Notes under the pieces: generated by a model | Seen by the model: the letters and a program-made list of their open reading frames with translations, nothing else | Told to the model about the DNA's origin: nothing | Database searches by the model: none | Shown: in pieces, positions 35,830 to 50,358 of the stretch | Numbering within the stretch: position 1 is the first letter of the stretch | Layout: each line of letters opens with the position of its first letter | Position numbers and translations under genes: made by a program | Source of the DNA: Octopus vulgaris | Taxonomy: Eukaryota | NCBI GenBank assembly: GCA_951406725.2 | Contig: OX597819.1 | Span: 13,826,001 to 13,890,000, forward strand | Length of the DNA stretch: 64,000 bases | Direction of reading: 5' to 3'

Positions 35830-37487
35830 TCATCATCATTTAGCGTCCGCTTTCCATGCTAGCATGGTTTGTGTATATCATCATCATCATCATTTAACAT
35901 CTGTTGTCCATGGTCACATGAGTTGGACAGTTTGACCTAAGTTGGCAAGCTGGAAAGCTGCACCAGACTCCAGTCTGATTTAGCATGGTTTTCTACGGCT
36001 GGTTGCCTTTCCTAACGCCAACCACTCCAAAAGTGTAATGGAAGCTTTTGCATGATATATATATATATAATCCAAGCTACATTCATCCAAATGATTTAAT
36101 GACTTTATATTCATGTACATTTGTACATACACATACATGCATGCATATATACATGTCTGTGTGCACATGTGAAGGCACGTAGCTCAGTGGTTAGGGAATT
36201 GCCTTCATGATCCCGAGATTGCGGTTTCAATTCCTAGACAGGTGTTACATTGTGTTCTTGAACAAAACCCTTTATTTTCACATTGTTCCATTCCACTCAC
36301 CTGTAGAAGTGTCACCATGTGATGCACTGGTGTTCCACTGGAGTAGCATGTTGGCCTGTCTGTCTAGCTAGTGGGCTGGCATCAAATGAAGGCTACAACA
36401 ATGCAAGGAAGTGCATTGTGGTCAGCAATGTGTAACCACAGCCAATAGTCTTGCCAATATAGTGAAATAGATACATCCAATATCCAGGGCTTCATTGCTC
36501 CTAAAAGAGGAACCTTTCCTTAGACTTTTCCACTGCTATCTGTCTCTGGCCTGTTGTGGCCCATAACCTAGTAGTTTGTCAAAAGAGACCAATAGAATAA
36601 GTACCAAATTTTAAAAAATATAAATACTCGAGGTTGATTCATTCAACTAAAAATTCTCCAAGGTGGTGCTCCAGCATGGCAACAGTCTAATTAAAATATA
36701 TATATATATATGTATGTCATATGCATAACCCTATTCTGCTGCTCTTTGCCCCACTGCATCATTGGTCACCCTTTATCCACCCTCAATACTTATTCTTTGT
36801 TATATTTACCTCCTCAGCTATTCCTTATCTCTACTCTCTCTCCTACACTCTTGCAACCTCTACTCACCCCCACTCCTACTTACCTCCTTCCTTGAAGGGT
36901 CACCACTATCTTTATATCGCTTCCTAGCTGTACACTGGTTGCCCCTCATTCTCTCCCTTCTATAGAGCAAGAAACCTGTTTTACACTGCCCCCCCCCCTA
37001 TTCCTTCATATTTTAACCCCTCATCTCCTAGCATGAAGCTGCCCCTCTTGAGCTTCATAGTCTTACAAGCATAACGACAACCTTACTGGTGCTGATTGCA
37101 TGAAAAAAACCCACCTGGTACACACTGCAAAGTAGTTAGTTGTAGGAAGGGCATCCAGCCATAGAAACCATGTCAAAGCAGAGACTGGAGTATGATGCCT
37201 TCGTTGGATCCATTTAGTTTAACCATGAAGCAAATTAAGCATATGCTTAGGGTATCAGGGGAATGGGCGAGGCAGTGCACCACAGAAATGGTAAATGGTT
37301 TATGCTATAAAAGAAATCACTTAAAACTTGCCAAAATGATATTCAAAGTGGTTTATATAATTGGAAACATAATTTCAAAGAGTTCATTGTGTCATAGTGA
37401 GGATCTGATCAAAGACTTTGCAATTATAAAAAAATAAAAACAAATAAAAAATAAAGAAACCTGCTGTATGGTTTACTATTGTTTATG

Positions 37488-37530
<43 letters not shown>

Positions 37531-37533
<3 letters not shown>

Positions 37534-37930
37534 TTATATATAAAAGAGAGGTTGTGTGCTGTCTGTCTCCTACGATTTAGATTCCTAACTACTCCCACAT
37601 TTTGCGGTGCAGTTTAACCAAAACCGGGTATCTTATTGTCGTGATTCATATCGAGCCCTTCTGGGTATTACCGCACGTCTACGATGAGTATACAATTTTA
37701 AAAAAAATTTACCATCAATTTTTCCCATTTTTAATGCATTTTTGGCATATATAAGGGAAGTAACTCTCTAAAAATTTGTTATTAAATCTCAGAACGTAAA
37801 AAGCTACAGTAACACCCCCTCCCCCTTTGTGGTTAGCCATATTGAGATGGCTATTATACTTTACATCTCTAAAAATGCTTATATAGTTATTTCCCTTACA
37901 AATCCGAGCAACGCTGGGCGATACTGCTAG
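37531..37930 (+). mobile_element. Non-autonomous Helitron inserted in (TA)n
   Basis: 5' TC, 3' CCGAGCAACGCTGGGCGATACTGCTAG; same 3' end as 16034-16432. Confidence 0.8.
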
Positions 37931-37944
37931 TATATATATATATA

Positions 37945-38282
37945 AAGTTGCGGACTGGGTCTAAAAATATTGGTTGCCAGGAGACTAAGGTGGCCCACCT
38001 GCAATTACAAGGGGGCTCACCCACAACTACAATGCTATCATTTAATTTTTTTTTTTTTTTGTTATAAGTATTCTTTTCAACTGTCTACAAACACAGCCAG
38101 GCTGAAATAATTAATGCATTCTTCCAGGAGTGAATAAAAAATTCTCAAACTTGATGGGATGGGCCCCTTAGATACTAACATGGGCCCCTTAGATACTAAC
38201 ATGGGTCCCCATATATGGTTTCTAATGGTGCAGGGGCCCACTTGCCATTGGGTAAGCTGATAACCTGGTCAGTCCGCCACTG
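37945..38282. mobile_element. Non-autonomous TIR DNA transposon
   Basis: Ends AAGTTGCGGACTG and CAGTCCGCCACTG; internal tandem TGGGCCCCTTAGATACTAACA x2. Confidence 0.55.
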
Positions 38283-39194
38283 TTTATATATGGGTGGGGG
38301 GCACCAAAATCTTTTCTGTGCTTAGGGCCTCTATGGTTCTTAATCCAGCCTTGGGCCTATTTTATTCTATTAAATTGTCTGACCTTTGCCTGCATAGAAC
38401 AAGGAGGTTTGATGATGATGATACATACATACATATAGCCTTTTTCCACAAAATTTCTAGCCTTCTGCTTGAATTTGAAACAGTTATTATTATTATCATT
38501 ATTTTCATTAGCATCTTCTTTCAATTCTTCTTGCCGAGTGTCTTCCTGACACCTAGAGCAGAGAAACATACTGTACACATTGGTAGGCCATTAGAATAAA
38601 CACACCAGGTTGTTCATTAACAAAGTTATGTGATAGAGGAAAAGAGGGAGACAGAGAGAAAAAGGAAAAAATAAAATAAAGGGTGGGGGGAAAAGGAAGG
38701 AAAATTCACAGCAACAATGCTTTTCTCAATATGTGTGATGTACCAGTTAAGACAATTGTGATGTACCAGTATTATTATTATTATTATTACCACCTCCGCC
38801 TTAGCAAAGGCAGAGTTATTGTTTTCAGTTGTGTTTGTTTGCCAGTGGACAAGATATCTCAAGAACCACTGGATGGACTCAGATGAAACTTTCAGGAATG
38901 TTTGGACTCGTGACTGACACAAATTGATTAGATTTTGGAATCGTTCCAATACCAGACAAAGATTCTGGATTACTTTACCTGTTTTTTTTTTACTTAATTT
39001 TTGAGAGCGGTTGAGTTCATTTTTAGTATTCCTGTTTGTGAGAGCAGCCAAGTTTATTTCAGATATTCCCATTTTAAAAATAATCTCCAGCTAATCATTG
39101 AGAGGACATTGTGCAAACCTCCGCCAAGGTGCTGCCTTGGGCAGAGGTTTGCGCTCTCTGAGTGCTCTTGTTATTATTAATATTATTATGATAC

Positions 39195-39525
39195 CTGTGC
39201 CGGTGGCACGTAAAAAGCACCATCCGAACGTGGCCGATGCCAGCGCTGCCTTGACTGGCTTCTGTGCCAATGGCACGTAAAAAGCACCAACCAATCGTGG
39301 CCGTTGCCAGACTCCCCTGGCACTTGTGTCGGTGGCACGTAAAAAGCACCCACTACACTCACGGAGTGGTTGGCATTAGGAAGGGTATCCAGCTGTAGAA
39401 ACACTGCCAGATCAGACTGGAGCCTGGTGCAGCCTCCTGGCTTCCCAGACCCCGGTCAAACCGTCCAACCCGTGCTAGCACGGAAAACGGACGTTAAACG
39501 ATGATGATGATGATGATGATGATGA
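39195..39525 (+). mobile_element. SINE family E with three array units
   Basis: GTGCCGGTGGCACGTAAAAAGCACC-type units, (GAT)n tail. Confidence 0.9.
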
Positions 39526-39830
39526 ATGAAATATTGAATACTGACAAAAGAAAAATTAGGAAAATGACAAAAAAAATGTTAGTTTAGTTCCAAATGACTG
39601 AGTCATTTTGATAGATTTCAATGGATTTGTTTACTTGAATATTTGAACTCCATTGTTGGCATTTTGCTTGCAAAATGTACCAAAAGAGTGTTTACATGGG
39701 TTATATGGAAAATAATTGTTCATCATATGAGTTCATTTGTGGAACTGTGTGGTAAACCTCTCTGCATGTGCGTGTGTATCTGTATCGTATTTTGGAGAAC
39801 TCTTTGGCCTCCAGTGTTCTCTCTCTCTCT

Positions 39831-40034
39831 CTCTTTTACTTGTTTCAGTCATTTGACTGCGGCCATGCTGGAGCACCGCCTTTAGTCGAGCAAATCGACC
39901 CCGGGACTTATTCTTTGTAAGCCCAGTACTTATTCTATCGGTCTCTTTTGCCGAACCGCTAAGTGACGGGGACGTAAACACACCAGCATCGGATGTCAAG
40001 CAATGCGAGGGGGACAAACACATACACACACACT

Positions 40035-40118
<84 letters not shown>

Positions 40119-40284
40119 TACGACAGGCTTCTTTCAGTTTCCGTCTACCAAATCCACTCACAAGGCATTGGTCGGCCCGGGGCTATAGCAGAAGACACTT
40201 ACCCAAGATGCCACGCAGTGGGACTGAACCCGGAACCATGTGGTTTGTAAGCAAGCTACTTACCACACAGCCACTCCTGCGCCT
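39831..40284 (-). mobile_element. SINE family A with expanded (TA)n
   Basis: About 70 bp of pure TA inside the element. Confidence 0.9.
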
Positions 40285-41162
40285 GTAACATTTTATAGAA
40301 AAATATTTCTATATTTTAACCTCTGGACATAAATAAAGTAACTTCTTTATCCAGTAAATGAAACAATTGTCAACATCTAATATTTACTATCTGGCTTTGC
40401 CTTTTAAATATTTGTGCCCGATATATGGTTACTTGACCTGTTAGAAATCGCAGCCAAATCTCCCTCGATTTACATATACCTTACTGTAAAGAAAAAGGAT
40501 TGATTCATTTTTCTATTTGTGTCACACCCTATTTTCCATACTGGCACTGGTTGGATGGAGATACTTATGAGGGGCTGCTACAGGATGTAATGTTCACATG
40601 CATGTAATAGCAGCACCATTGTGTTTTTACTCAGGGTGTGTACTACAAAGAGTTGAACTGTAAACAGCCTTTACACACACACACACACACACACACACTG
40701 AAAGAAACCACTTGTTTGTGTGTATGTGCATGCGTGTGTGTTTTGATATCACTTGATGTTTGTAAATGAGTGTTACCATCATACAAGCTATCACATTTCC
40801 ATTCTTCCATAAAAACATGTCTGGCTATGGGGAAATATTGCCTTGCTTAGAAACGGGTGAGAGTTTGGTGGTAGGACAGAAGGGCCATGTGGCCATAGAT
40901 AAACCAGCCTCAATGAATTCCTGTGTGATGCAAGCAAACATGGAAAAGTGAACATTAAAAAAAAAATACAAAATCAAAGCTTCTGATATGTTGGTGTGTT
41001 TGTGTCTGTGTAAATGTTTACATTCATTCTGCATCCTCATGAAAAGGACTGAGCCTCCCCCACCACCAAAAAGGGTGACGTATGTTGATATTCCCTACTA
41101 AGAAAATACCCTTGAGTTCTGCACTTTCAAAATGAGTGGAATAAAAAAATATTCATTACTAT

Positions 41163-41552
41163 AGGTGCAGGACTGGCTGTGTGGTAAGTAGCTTGCTTAC
41201 CAACCACATGATTCTGGGTTCAGTCCCACTGCGTTGCAACTTGGGCAAGTGTCTTCTACTATAGCCTCGGACCGATCAAAGCCTTGTGAGTGGATTTGGT
41301 AGACGGAAACTGAAAGAAGCCCATCGTATATATATATATATGTATGTGTGTATATGTTTGTCCCCTCAACATCGCTTGACAACTGATGCTGGTGTGTTTA
41401 TGTCCCTGTAACTTAGCGATTTGGCAAGAGACTAATAGAATAAGTACTAGGCTTGCAAGGAATAAGTCCTGGGGTCAATTTGCTTGACTAAAGGTGGTGC
41501 TCCAGCATGGCCTCAGTCAAATGACTGAAACAAGTAAAAGAGAGTAAAAGAG
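41163..41552 (+). mobile_element. SINE family A
   Basis: Full-length copy. Confidence 0.9.
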
Positions 41553-42888
41553 ACTTGAAAAACGACTAAGGGTTAACAACAGGAAGGGTATCTGGCTGTA
41601 AAACAAAACCCCAATGTCTATTCATGGCATGGCAAAACAAACATATAAGGACTGATTGAATGAATGAATATATGTCTATATCAATTTGGTGTACCAAAAC
41701 TGGTTGCCAAACAAAATTAAGTTGCAGTATTTAGATAAGGCCAAGCTATCTCACTTTACATCACGTATGACTTTGCCTTTCACTTGTAGTGTTATCAATA
41801 AAAATAATTCCCAGATAAAGTATTGGGGTAATGATATTCCTTAAAACCCTTCAACTCAGCCCGGATGCTGTTTATATAACCCTATTGGGTTACATAACAG
41901 TGAACAAAATAGCAGTGAAAATACCCTAACACTAAAAACTATGGGGTAGTTTTCAGCTTTGGAATAGATTTTCAAAATAGGAAATAATAGGCAGGGTTCC
42001 ATGGTACATGCTTGGCTTTGTGTAAGTGTGTAAGCAGGCCAGCAGGCACAAATGTGTATACAGACACATGCGGACATATCCAGTGTCAGTTCTGATCCAG
42101 TACACCTGTGATCAAAGACGCTCCACCCATAACTGTCCCATTTATATGTTTCAGTTGTATTATATTCAAATATATTGCATGTTAATTAAAATGATGTTTG
42201 TTTTTGCCAAACTTCTATGGATGGATTTCAGGACAAAATGTAGGGATAGATGAAAAATGTAACTGTTATTTCTAGCATGTTGGGTGACAGAAGTATCAGC
42301 ACATGTATGATTTTTCTGTTAGTTGCTATTATTGTTTAACCCTAGGTCTGCTCTGATCCAGCAGACCTGTCATAAAAAGTATTCCATCCACAACCATTCC
42401 TTTCTTCTTAACCTTTCAAGCAATGTAACCCAGACAACATTGTCCACTTGTCGTAATAATCGTTTTGACGACCTTTCTATGTTCACATGGGTTCAATACA
42501 ATTTCTTGAGGCAGATTTTCTACAGCTGGATGCTCTTCCTGTAGCCAACACTCATCTGTTTACAAACCAAGTAATATTCCCTTTTGGACAGACATGTTTT
42601 CATGGAAGATTGGAAACAAAGGTCACTGCTTGCATGACATGTGATGTCGGACCAAGGAGATAATAACACACACCCAAAGACCCATACATATATATATAAT
42701 ACTAATACAATTGTTTGTTTGTTTTCCACCTGCCTTCGTCTTTTGTCTATTTTCATAAAGCTTCCCGTTATATATATGATAAGTTTCTTTCAGTTTCCAT
42801 GAACCAAATCCACTTGCAAGGCTTCAACAGAATGAGTGGTTAAATATATTCACCTCTCATACCTCTTGATAGTTTATGATCTCCCCCG

Positions 42889-42925
<37 letters not shown>

Positions 42926-42944
42926 ATATATATATATATATGTG

Positions 42945-42979
<35 letters not shown>

Positions 42980-43176
42980 GTATATGTTCCATAACGCTTC
43001 ATTTTTAAATTCTTGATAGATGTATGGGAAATATTGTCATCCTGTGATTTATGTTCTTTTTATAATTGATCTTTTTTGGGATGTTCAGTGGAAACACTTG
43101 GTTTAAAGATAAGCCTGTACTTATGGTTAAATATTCTTAAAATAAGTGATATTCATTTTGTTTTTGTGGTGTTATT

Positions 43177-43730
43177 GGTGGCACGTAAAAAGCACCATCC
43201 GATCGTGGCTGTTTGCCAGCCTCGTCTGGCATGTAAAAAGCACCCACTACACTCACAGAGTGGTTGGTGTTAGGAGGGGCATCCAGCCGTAGAAACATTG
43301 CCAGATCAGACTGGGCCTGGTGCAGCCTTCTGGCTTCCCAGACCCCAGTTGAAGCGTCCAACCCATGCTAGCATGGAAAGCGGATGCTAAACGATGATGA
43401 TGATTGATACTGCCAATCATCATCATCATCATCATTTAAAGTCTGCTTTCCATGCTAGCATGGGTTGGATGATTTGACTGAGAACTGGCGAACCAGATGG
43501 CTGCACCAAGCTCTAATCTGATTTGGCAGTTTCTACAGCTGGATGCCCTTCCTAATGCCAACCACTCCGAGAGTGTAGTGTAGGGCCAGTCCAGCAGCAC
43601 TGGCAACGACGTCACTTGAAAGTTTTCTCATGTGTCAGTCAGGCGACGCTGGTAGCGATCACGCTTGAATGGTGCTTTAAACGTGCCACTGGCACGGAAG
43701 TCATTCAGCTGCTCTGGCAACGATCGCTAA
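43177..43730. mobile_element. Tail-to-tail pair of family E SINEs
   Basis: 43177-43405 (+) then 43417-43730 (-), about 12 bp apart. Confidence 0.85.
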
Positions 43731-44629
43731 AGTTTTCATGGTGTGAGTTACAACCTTTAAAAGAGTAACAAAATTCTCTTTTTCACCATATATTGTTTGA
43801 AGCTGATGTGAAATAAATGAAGTGAATTAGAACAAGCAGTACTTGTGGAAATTTCGCGGCCCATTTTGTGGCACATGCCAGTCAGATTTTTTTCCCAGTT
43901 AGTAATATCCTGTCATTTCCTTTATAATTCTTTGATTAATTTCTAGGAAATTTTCTCTGTTCTCTTCAGTCATATCTTCTCTTCTAGCCTGTTTTTTTTT
44001 TTATCTTGGCTTGTATCCTGTCATCAACGTTCATATTTTATCTTCTTTTTTATTAACAGTACTCATTCTAACCCTAATAGCTTCAGCTTCCTTGTTCATC
44101 ATATGATACTTTCAACATACGCATTCACACACATACAAACACTAATCGCATGCACACGTATATGCATACTGCACACTTTCTCTCTCACACCCAGACAGCT
44201 AATTGTTTATTTGTGCGTGTGCATGCCAATAGCATATGTATGTGTGTGCACATAACAATAGTGTTAATTCAAATCTCTCTCTCTCTCTCTCTCTCTCACA
44301 CATACACTTTAATCATCCTCTTTCCACAGCATAACATATTTTTTACACCACAGGAGTCTATTGTTTGCACTTTAATATAATACATATTATTTATCATTAT
44401 ACTTTGTCTCTAAAATAAGTAACTCACCAGGAGAAATTCTCCAGTATAATATTGGTTACATGATCTCTCATCAGAGCCAGACAAACTGAATGTCAACTCA
44501 TTTGACTACAACAAGGTTTTGGTTAATCTAACACCATCAAGTGCTGAGTAAAATGACTGTGGACTTGTCAGTTTTTCAGTGAATCTGTACTGTCTTTTTT
44601 TTCTTTCATTTGTAACATCCCACCCCGCA

Positions 44630-44670
<41 letters not shown>

Positions 44671-44687
44671 ATGATGATGATGATGAT

Positions 44688-44902
44688 AGTTAATCCAAAC
44701 ATGAAAACACGAGAAAACACAACAATGCGAGGACATGGAACAAATATAGTGTTATTGTTATTGGACGCTCAAGAAAGGAAAGAAAGAAGGAGGATTTAAT
44801 GTTTCGAGCGGAGCTCTTCATTAGAAACATAGAAAAAGGAAAGATCCAAGGAAGGGAAGACGGAGGAAAAAAATCGCCAACGATACACACGCGGTCACAT
44901 AT
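44688..44902 (-). mobile_element. PLE-type terminal-repeat remnant with decayed hammerhead
   Basis: Minus strand CT(A)ATGA-A-GAGC-TCC-GCTC-GAAAC at 44801-44825. Confidence 0.55.
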
Positions 44903-44969
44903 TGAATGACTGGAAGGGAATGGGTGAAGAAAAAGTTCTTTCAAAGACAGGAGAGTGCAAGAGAAGGAG

Positions 44970-45650
44970 GTATGAGTGTGTATGTGTGGGTATGTGCATG
45001 CGCGCAGGTCTGTGTGTGCATGTGTGTGTGTGGGGGGGCTGTTAATCTATGTGTGTGGTTGGGCTTAGTATCATTTAAGGTCATAGTGGCTCCTGTTGTG
45101 TCTTTCCCTACCCATGTGCGTAGGAGAATGGTCAGCAGAAAGTACGAGTAGTTTGAAGTATGTGTGTGTGCATGTATGTATGTGTAGTGTGTGTGTTTTT
45201 GTTTGCAGTGTGTGTTTTGTATATGTATGTATGTGTGTGGGGAATAACTGTGCGCTTTACTTTGTGTATGTGTGCGTGTGTGCTTGTATGTGCGTATGTG
45301 TGTATACATGTATGTATAATTGTGTGTGTGTATGTATGTGTGCTGTGGGTATGGGAGGTATGTGTGGCTTCATTTGCGTGCGCGTGTGTGTGTGTATGTG
45401 CGTGTGTGTGTGTATGTGCGTGCGTTTAGTTGTGTGTGCATGTATGTGTGTGTATATGTGTGTGTGCTTATATGCGTGTGTGCGTGTATGTGCGTGTGTG
45501 TTTGTGCCCATGTGTGTATAATTGTGTGCGATATATATATATATATATATAGGTATGTATATATGTATATATATATATATAGGTATGTATATATATGTAT
45601 AGAGATATAGCCATGTATTTATATATATATGTGTGTGTGTGTGCATGTGT
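44970..45650. repeat. Long degenerate (TG)n/(TA)n tract
   Basis: Direct reading. Confidence 0.95.
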
Positions 45651-45853
45651 AACCGACGGTTTTCCAAATTTCTGGCCTTGTGGCTCTGCTAGAAACATGT
45701 CACTATGTTCTGAGTTCAAATTTCCCTGCGGCTGGCTTTACCTGTTATCCTTTCAGGATTGATAAATTAAGTACCAGACATGCACTGGGGGTCAGTTTAA
45801 TGGACTATCCCCCTCCCCACATATTCCAGGACTTGTTCCTATAGTAAATAGGA

Positions 45854-45889
<36 letters not shown>

Positions 45890-46727
45890 GTTCCCCTGGG
45901 GTTGACTTTCCCTCTCATCCTTTTGCAGTTGATCAAATAGGTGTCAGTCAAACACTGGGGTCAATATAATCCACTTTGTCCCTCCCCTAAAATTGCTGGT
46001 CCAATGCCAATATTTGAAACCTTTATTATTATTGTTTTTGTTGTTGTTATCATCATTATATTTGCTGCTACTACTATTACTACTACTACAGTTCAGATAT
46101 GTCATAGAAAATATGTTCCCATGGCTTAGCTCTTCCCCAAACTGAAATTAAAAATCCCCCATTTCGATGGGAAAACTTAAGAGAAGTTGATAGCAACAAC
46201 AATATTCTTGGTAATGTTTAGCCGTTTACACAGTGAATCAAGAGCTCTCTTAATTATAATTGTAATCATGGGAATATTAAATATTTGAGGATATTAGATG
46301 TATTTCAGTGGCAGATAATCATTAGCAAAGACAATTAGATGCCATTTATAGCCATGGGAAAAAGATTCAACAGTGACAATCCGCCAGATATTTTGCTAGT
46401 TTCACTAATAGCTATTTAGCATGACCTATGGTTTATGTTTGTATTTCTAATTAGCATTGTTTAATTACATTTTTACTTGTCATTGATTACTAGTAAACTG
46501 CTGTAGCTTGAGAATGTTTCCACGAAAGTCACAAGGGAAAAGTTGAAGGCCCTTGCTTGAGGCCATACCTATGTATCAACTCTCCACAGATATTTATTTC
46601 TTGTTTATATTTGTCTTTTGTCTGTTTTCTGACATAAGCTGTTGGAGATGATTAATTTATTAATGAACTGAAGATAAAAATCTATGTTAAAGCCTATATT
46701 GAATAAATATAGTGTGTCTATATATAT

Positions 46728-46763
<36 letters not shown>

Positions 46764-46896
46764 GGAAAAAAAACGTTCAAAGATAATAGTTCAAACTTTT
46801 TGAGAGAGCTAAAAAGTGAGAAAGAATGATTTCTAATAAAGTTTCATCAAATTCATAAAAAAACAGCCAGAGCAAGTAATAAGAATAAGAAAATAG

Positions 46897-47166
46897 TAGT
46901 CGAAAAATATCGTTATTGGTATGAAAATATCATAAACAATTGTAGAAAAATGGAGGTGAAAAAGATGTGGAATCAAAATTAGATTTAATACAAAATAGGA
47001 TTCAATACATACGCCTGTTTCAAAGGATGATACAAATATGTAAGAAATACGTATATGTATTGAATCCTATTTTGTATTAATCTAATTTTGATTCAACATC
47101 TTTTTCTCCTCCATTTTTCTATAATTGTTTTTGGTATTTTATACCTATAACGATATTTTTCAACTA
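46897..47166. repeat. Fold-back (~115-bp arms, ~40-bp spacer) between (TA)n tracts
   Basis: 46897-47012 is the inverse of about 47054-47166. Confidence 0.9.
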
Positions 47167-47169
47167 TAC

Positions 47170-47227
<58 letters not shown>

Positions 47228-47406
47228 TGTTCCAGTCATTAGACTGTTGCCATGCTGGGGCACCAACTTGACGAATTCTAGTTGAATGAATTGACCTCAG
47301 TACTTAAAGCCAGGTACTTATTCTGTCGGTCTCTTTTGCTGAGATGCTAAGTTACAGGAATATAAACAAATCAACACTGCTTCTTACCACACAGCCACAT
47401 CTGTAC

Positions 47407-47440
<34 letters not shown>

Positions 47441-47597
47441 CTGATATTCAATTAACTATAGAAAAATTAAAATTAATAAAGCTGATGTTTAGTTGACTGT
47501 AAATTTTATAGGCAACTGACTTTCATTTATCCTTTACTTGCTTTGGTCATTAGACTGGCCAAGCTGGGGCACAGCTTTGAAGGGTTTTAATTGATCA

Positions 47598-47810
47598 GAG
47601 GCTTTCTCCGTCTGGGTTGCGGATCCATGGAATAAGCTGCCGGATGAGATAGTGAAGATGCCGATGACCGCTCGGTTCAAAGTCTCCCTCGACCACAAAT
47701 GGCCTGAACTCTTTGCATGAACACCACCCTGTACATAACTCCATGTCCCCCTACATGGCCTTGCTTTATGCTTTTTGAGCCAAAATATTAACTAACTAAC
47801 TAACTAACTA
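47598..47810 (+). mobile_element. CR1 LINE 3' end with (AACT)n tail, nested in an old family A SINE
   Basis: Translates AFSVWVADPWNKLPDEIV....RFKVSLD. Confidence 0.8.
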
Positions 47811-49094
47811 AATCAACCTCAGTACTTGTTTCTAAAGTCCGGTACTTATTCTGTCTGTCACTTTTGCTGAACTGCTAAATTCCAGGGATGTAAACAAAAC
47901 AACACCAGCTGTCAAACAATGATGGGGTGACAGACATAGAAAGTACGTGCACACACATACACACACACACACGTGTCCATACTGGTACCGCATAAAAGTG
48001 CCTGTGACAGTTCCACATAAAAAGCCCCCAGTACACTCTTAACAGTGGTTGGCATTAGGAAGGGCATCCAACTATATAAACCATGTGTAGACAGACAATT
48101 GGAACATGGTGCAGCTTTCCAGCCCTGCCAGCTCCTGTCAAACCATCCAACTCATGCCAGCATGGAAAATGGACATTAAATGATGATGATACAAAATGGG
48201 CTTCCATACAGTTTCTGTCTACCAAATTTACTCACGAAGCATTGGTTGGCCCAGGGTTATAGTAGAAGACACTTGCTGAAGGTGCCATGCAATGGGACTG
48301 AGCCTGAAGCCATGTGGTTGCAAAGCAGGTGTTCCCTGCATCTCATCATCCTAACCCTCATCCCGCCACCCATGTTCACCCACTGCATTCCCCTCCCCAC
48401 CATCTCTTACTCTCCTTTCACACTCTCACCCTATGTAGTCCCCTCTACTACTTATATACTTCTCCCAGTAATTTGTGGGTGTGTCAACCCTGGTGCATCT
48501 TCACCATTTTCCCCTTTCTCTCTCTTCTCTCTTTTTCCAACTGGGGTAGACATGTATCTCCTCCACTCCAAGACACCTGCTTCTATTCCTTTATTCATAT
48601 TCTAATCTCTCATCATCTGGCACAAGCCACCTCCCTCAATACTATTCCTTCCCTCAGCTGGATTGGGTCTTGTCTAACAAGTTACTTGGCGACCTCACTG
48701 GTGCTGGTGCCACATAAAAAGCACCCAGTACATTTTGTTAAGTGGTTGGCATTAGGAAAGGCATCAAGCTGTTGAAACCATGCCAAAGTAGACACTAGAT
48801 GGTTTGACATCTGGCTTGCAAGCTCCTGTCAAACCATTCAACCTTTGGAAAGCAGATGTTGAATGAAGACGATGATATCCATATAGAACTGCCTTTGTTA
48901 GAAAGTTCATGCTTCTGGCTTTCACTTTCAAATGAATATATAAAAATTGTACCCAATTAATTTTATATATTCAGCTTTAATAACTGGGTGAATAATTTTT
49001 ATTCAACTTAATTTATAAAATTTCCAATCTAAAGGACAATATGAAAGTATATATTGACTTGAGACTACATAATATATATTTAACAAACTATATA

Positions 49095-49319
49095 TATTTC
49101 TTTATTGCCCACAAGGGGCTAAACATAGAGGGGACAAACAAGGACTGACAAAGGGATTAAGTTGATTACTTCAACCCCAGTGCGCTACTGGTACTTTATT
49201 TATCGAACCCGAAAGGATGAAAGGCAAAGTTGACCTCGGCGGAATTTGAACTCACAACGTAACGACAGACGAAATATGCATTTCGCCCGGCATGCTAACG
49301 TTTCTGCCAGCTCGCCGCC
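49095..49319 (-). mobile_element. SINE family B with TSD
   Basis: TSD TTAACAAACTATATA at 49080 and 49320. Confidence 0.92.
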
Positions 49320-49712
49320 TTAACAAACTATATAAATTTATATTCAACCTACATGATGTATATTTGACAGACTACATTAATTTATATTCAACAGACAATA
49401 TAAAAATATATATCCAATTAATGATATAAAAATTCAAATTCACTTGAGTATCTATCATAATCTTAGTCGACTTTTTAAAATTTATATTGCGCTGTCTGTA
49501 TAAATACATAGCTTCAACTGACCGTGTAAAGATTCATATTCAAATGGTTATATAATCCAGATGCCAATGATTGTATAGAAATTAATTTTCTGCTGACTGT
49601 ATGTATATTTATGCTTGTGTCATATCTTAAGCACGACACATACACACGTGCGCACACACACACACACACACGAAGGAAAATAGGAATTGAATAAATTCAG
49701 GCAAAATGCTTT

Positions 49713-49839
49713 TTAACCCATAAAGTCCCATTGTCCTATAAATAGGACACAAAATGAAAATGTTAAATAAGCTATATCACAATGTCCCATTGTCCTATAA
49801 ATAGGACACAAAATGAAGATGTTAAATAAGCTATATCAC
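49713..49839. repeat. 59-bp tandem duplication next to a TTAA-CCC end (probable piggyBac-type subterminal repeats)
   Basis: 49725-49780 matches 49784-49839; each contains the palindrome TGTCCTAT-AA-ATAGGACA. Confidence 0.7.
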
Positions 49840-49923
49840 TGGCATTGACCCACGCTTGAATAGTGCTTATTACAACTACAATTTCGGCCACAACTACAAT
49901 TTCCATTTTGATTTCGATATATA

Positions 49924-50358
49924 CTAGACTACCAGTGACCTGTTTGGTCACCAATAGTTCAAGGTACCTGAAAAAAACCATGTATCTTAGGATCCCATGG
50001 TCCGATTTATGCAAAACTTGTTTTATTCCACTTGTATTCACATCTCAATGGTGCCTCACTTTCAGGGTATTTTCCTATTATGTGCCAATTTGGCTATTTA
50101 TAAAGGTGTTTACAGTAAAAGGCAATAACTCCAGGTTTCACTGCTCAAATTCATGGAAGCAAACCTCCAAAAAATATGTTTCTCAAGAATCTGTGGTCTG
50201 ATTTATTTGAAACTTGTTTTATTTCATTTGTCTTCACATTTTAGGGGCACCTTACTTCGAGCATATTTTCCCATTATGCACTAGTTTGGCTGTATTAAAT
50301 TACAGACAAGTATGCGTGCAAGCAAGAACACAAGCAATCACAGAGTTTTAGTAGTATA
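49924..50358 (-). mobile_element. Non-autonomous Helitron with internal ~196-bp-period repeat
   Basis: Minus-strand 3' end GTGACC-AAACA-GGTCAC hairpin then CTAG; 5' TATACTACTAAAA start; repeat copies near 50002 and 50198. Confidence 0.65.

Noticed and set aside
44941-45719. Long Cys/Val/His/Thr-rich ORFs
   Set aside because: Microsatellite read-through
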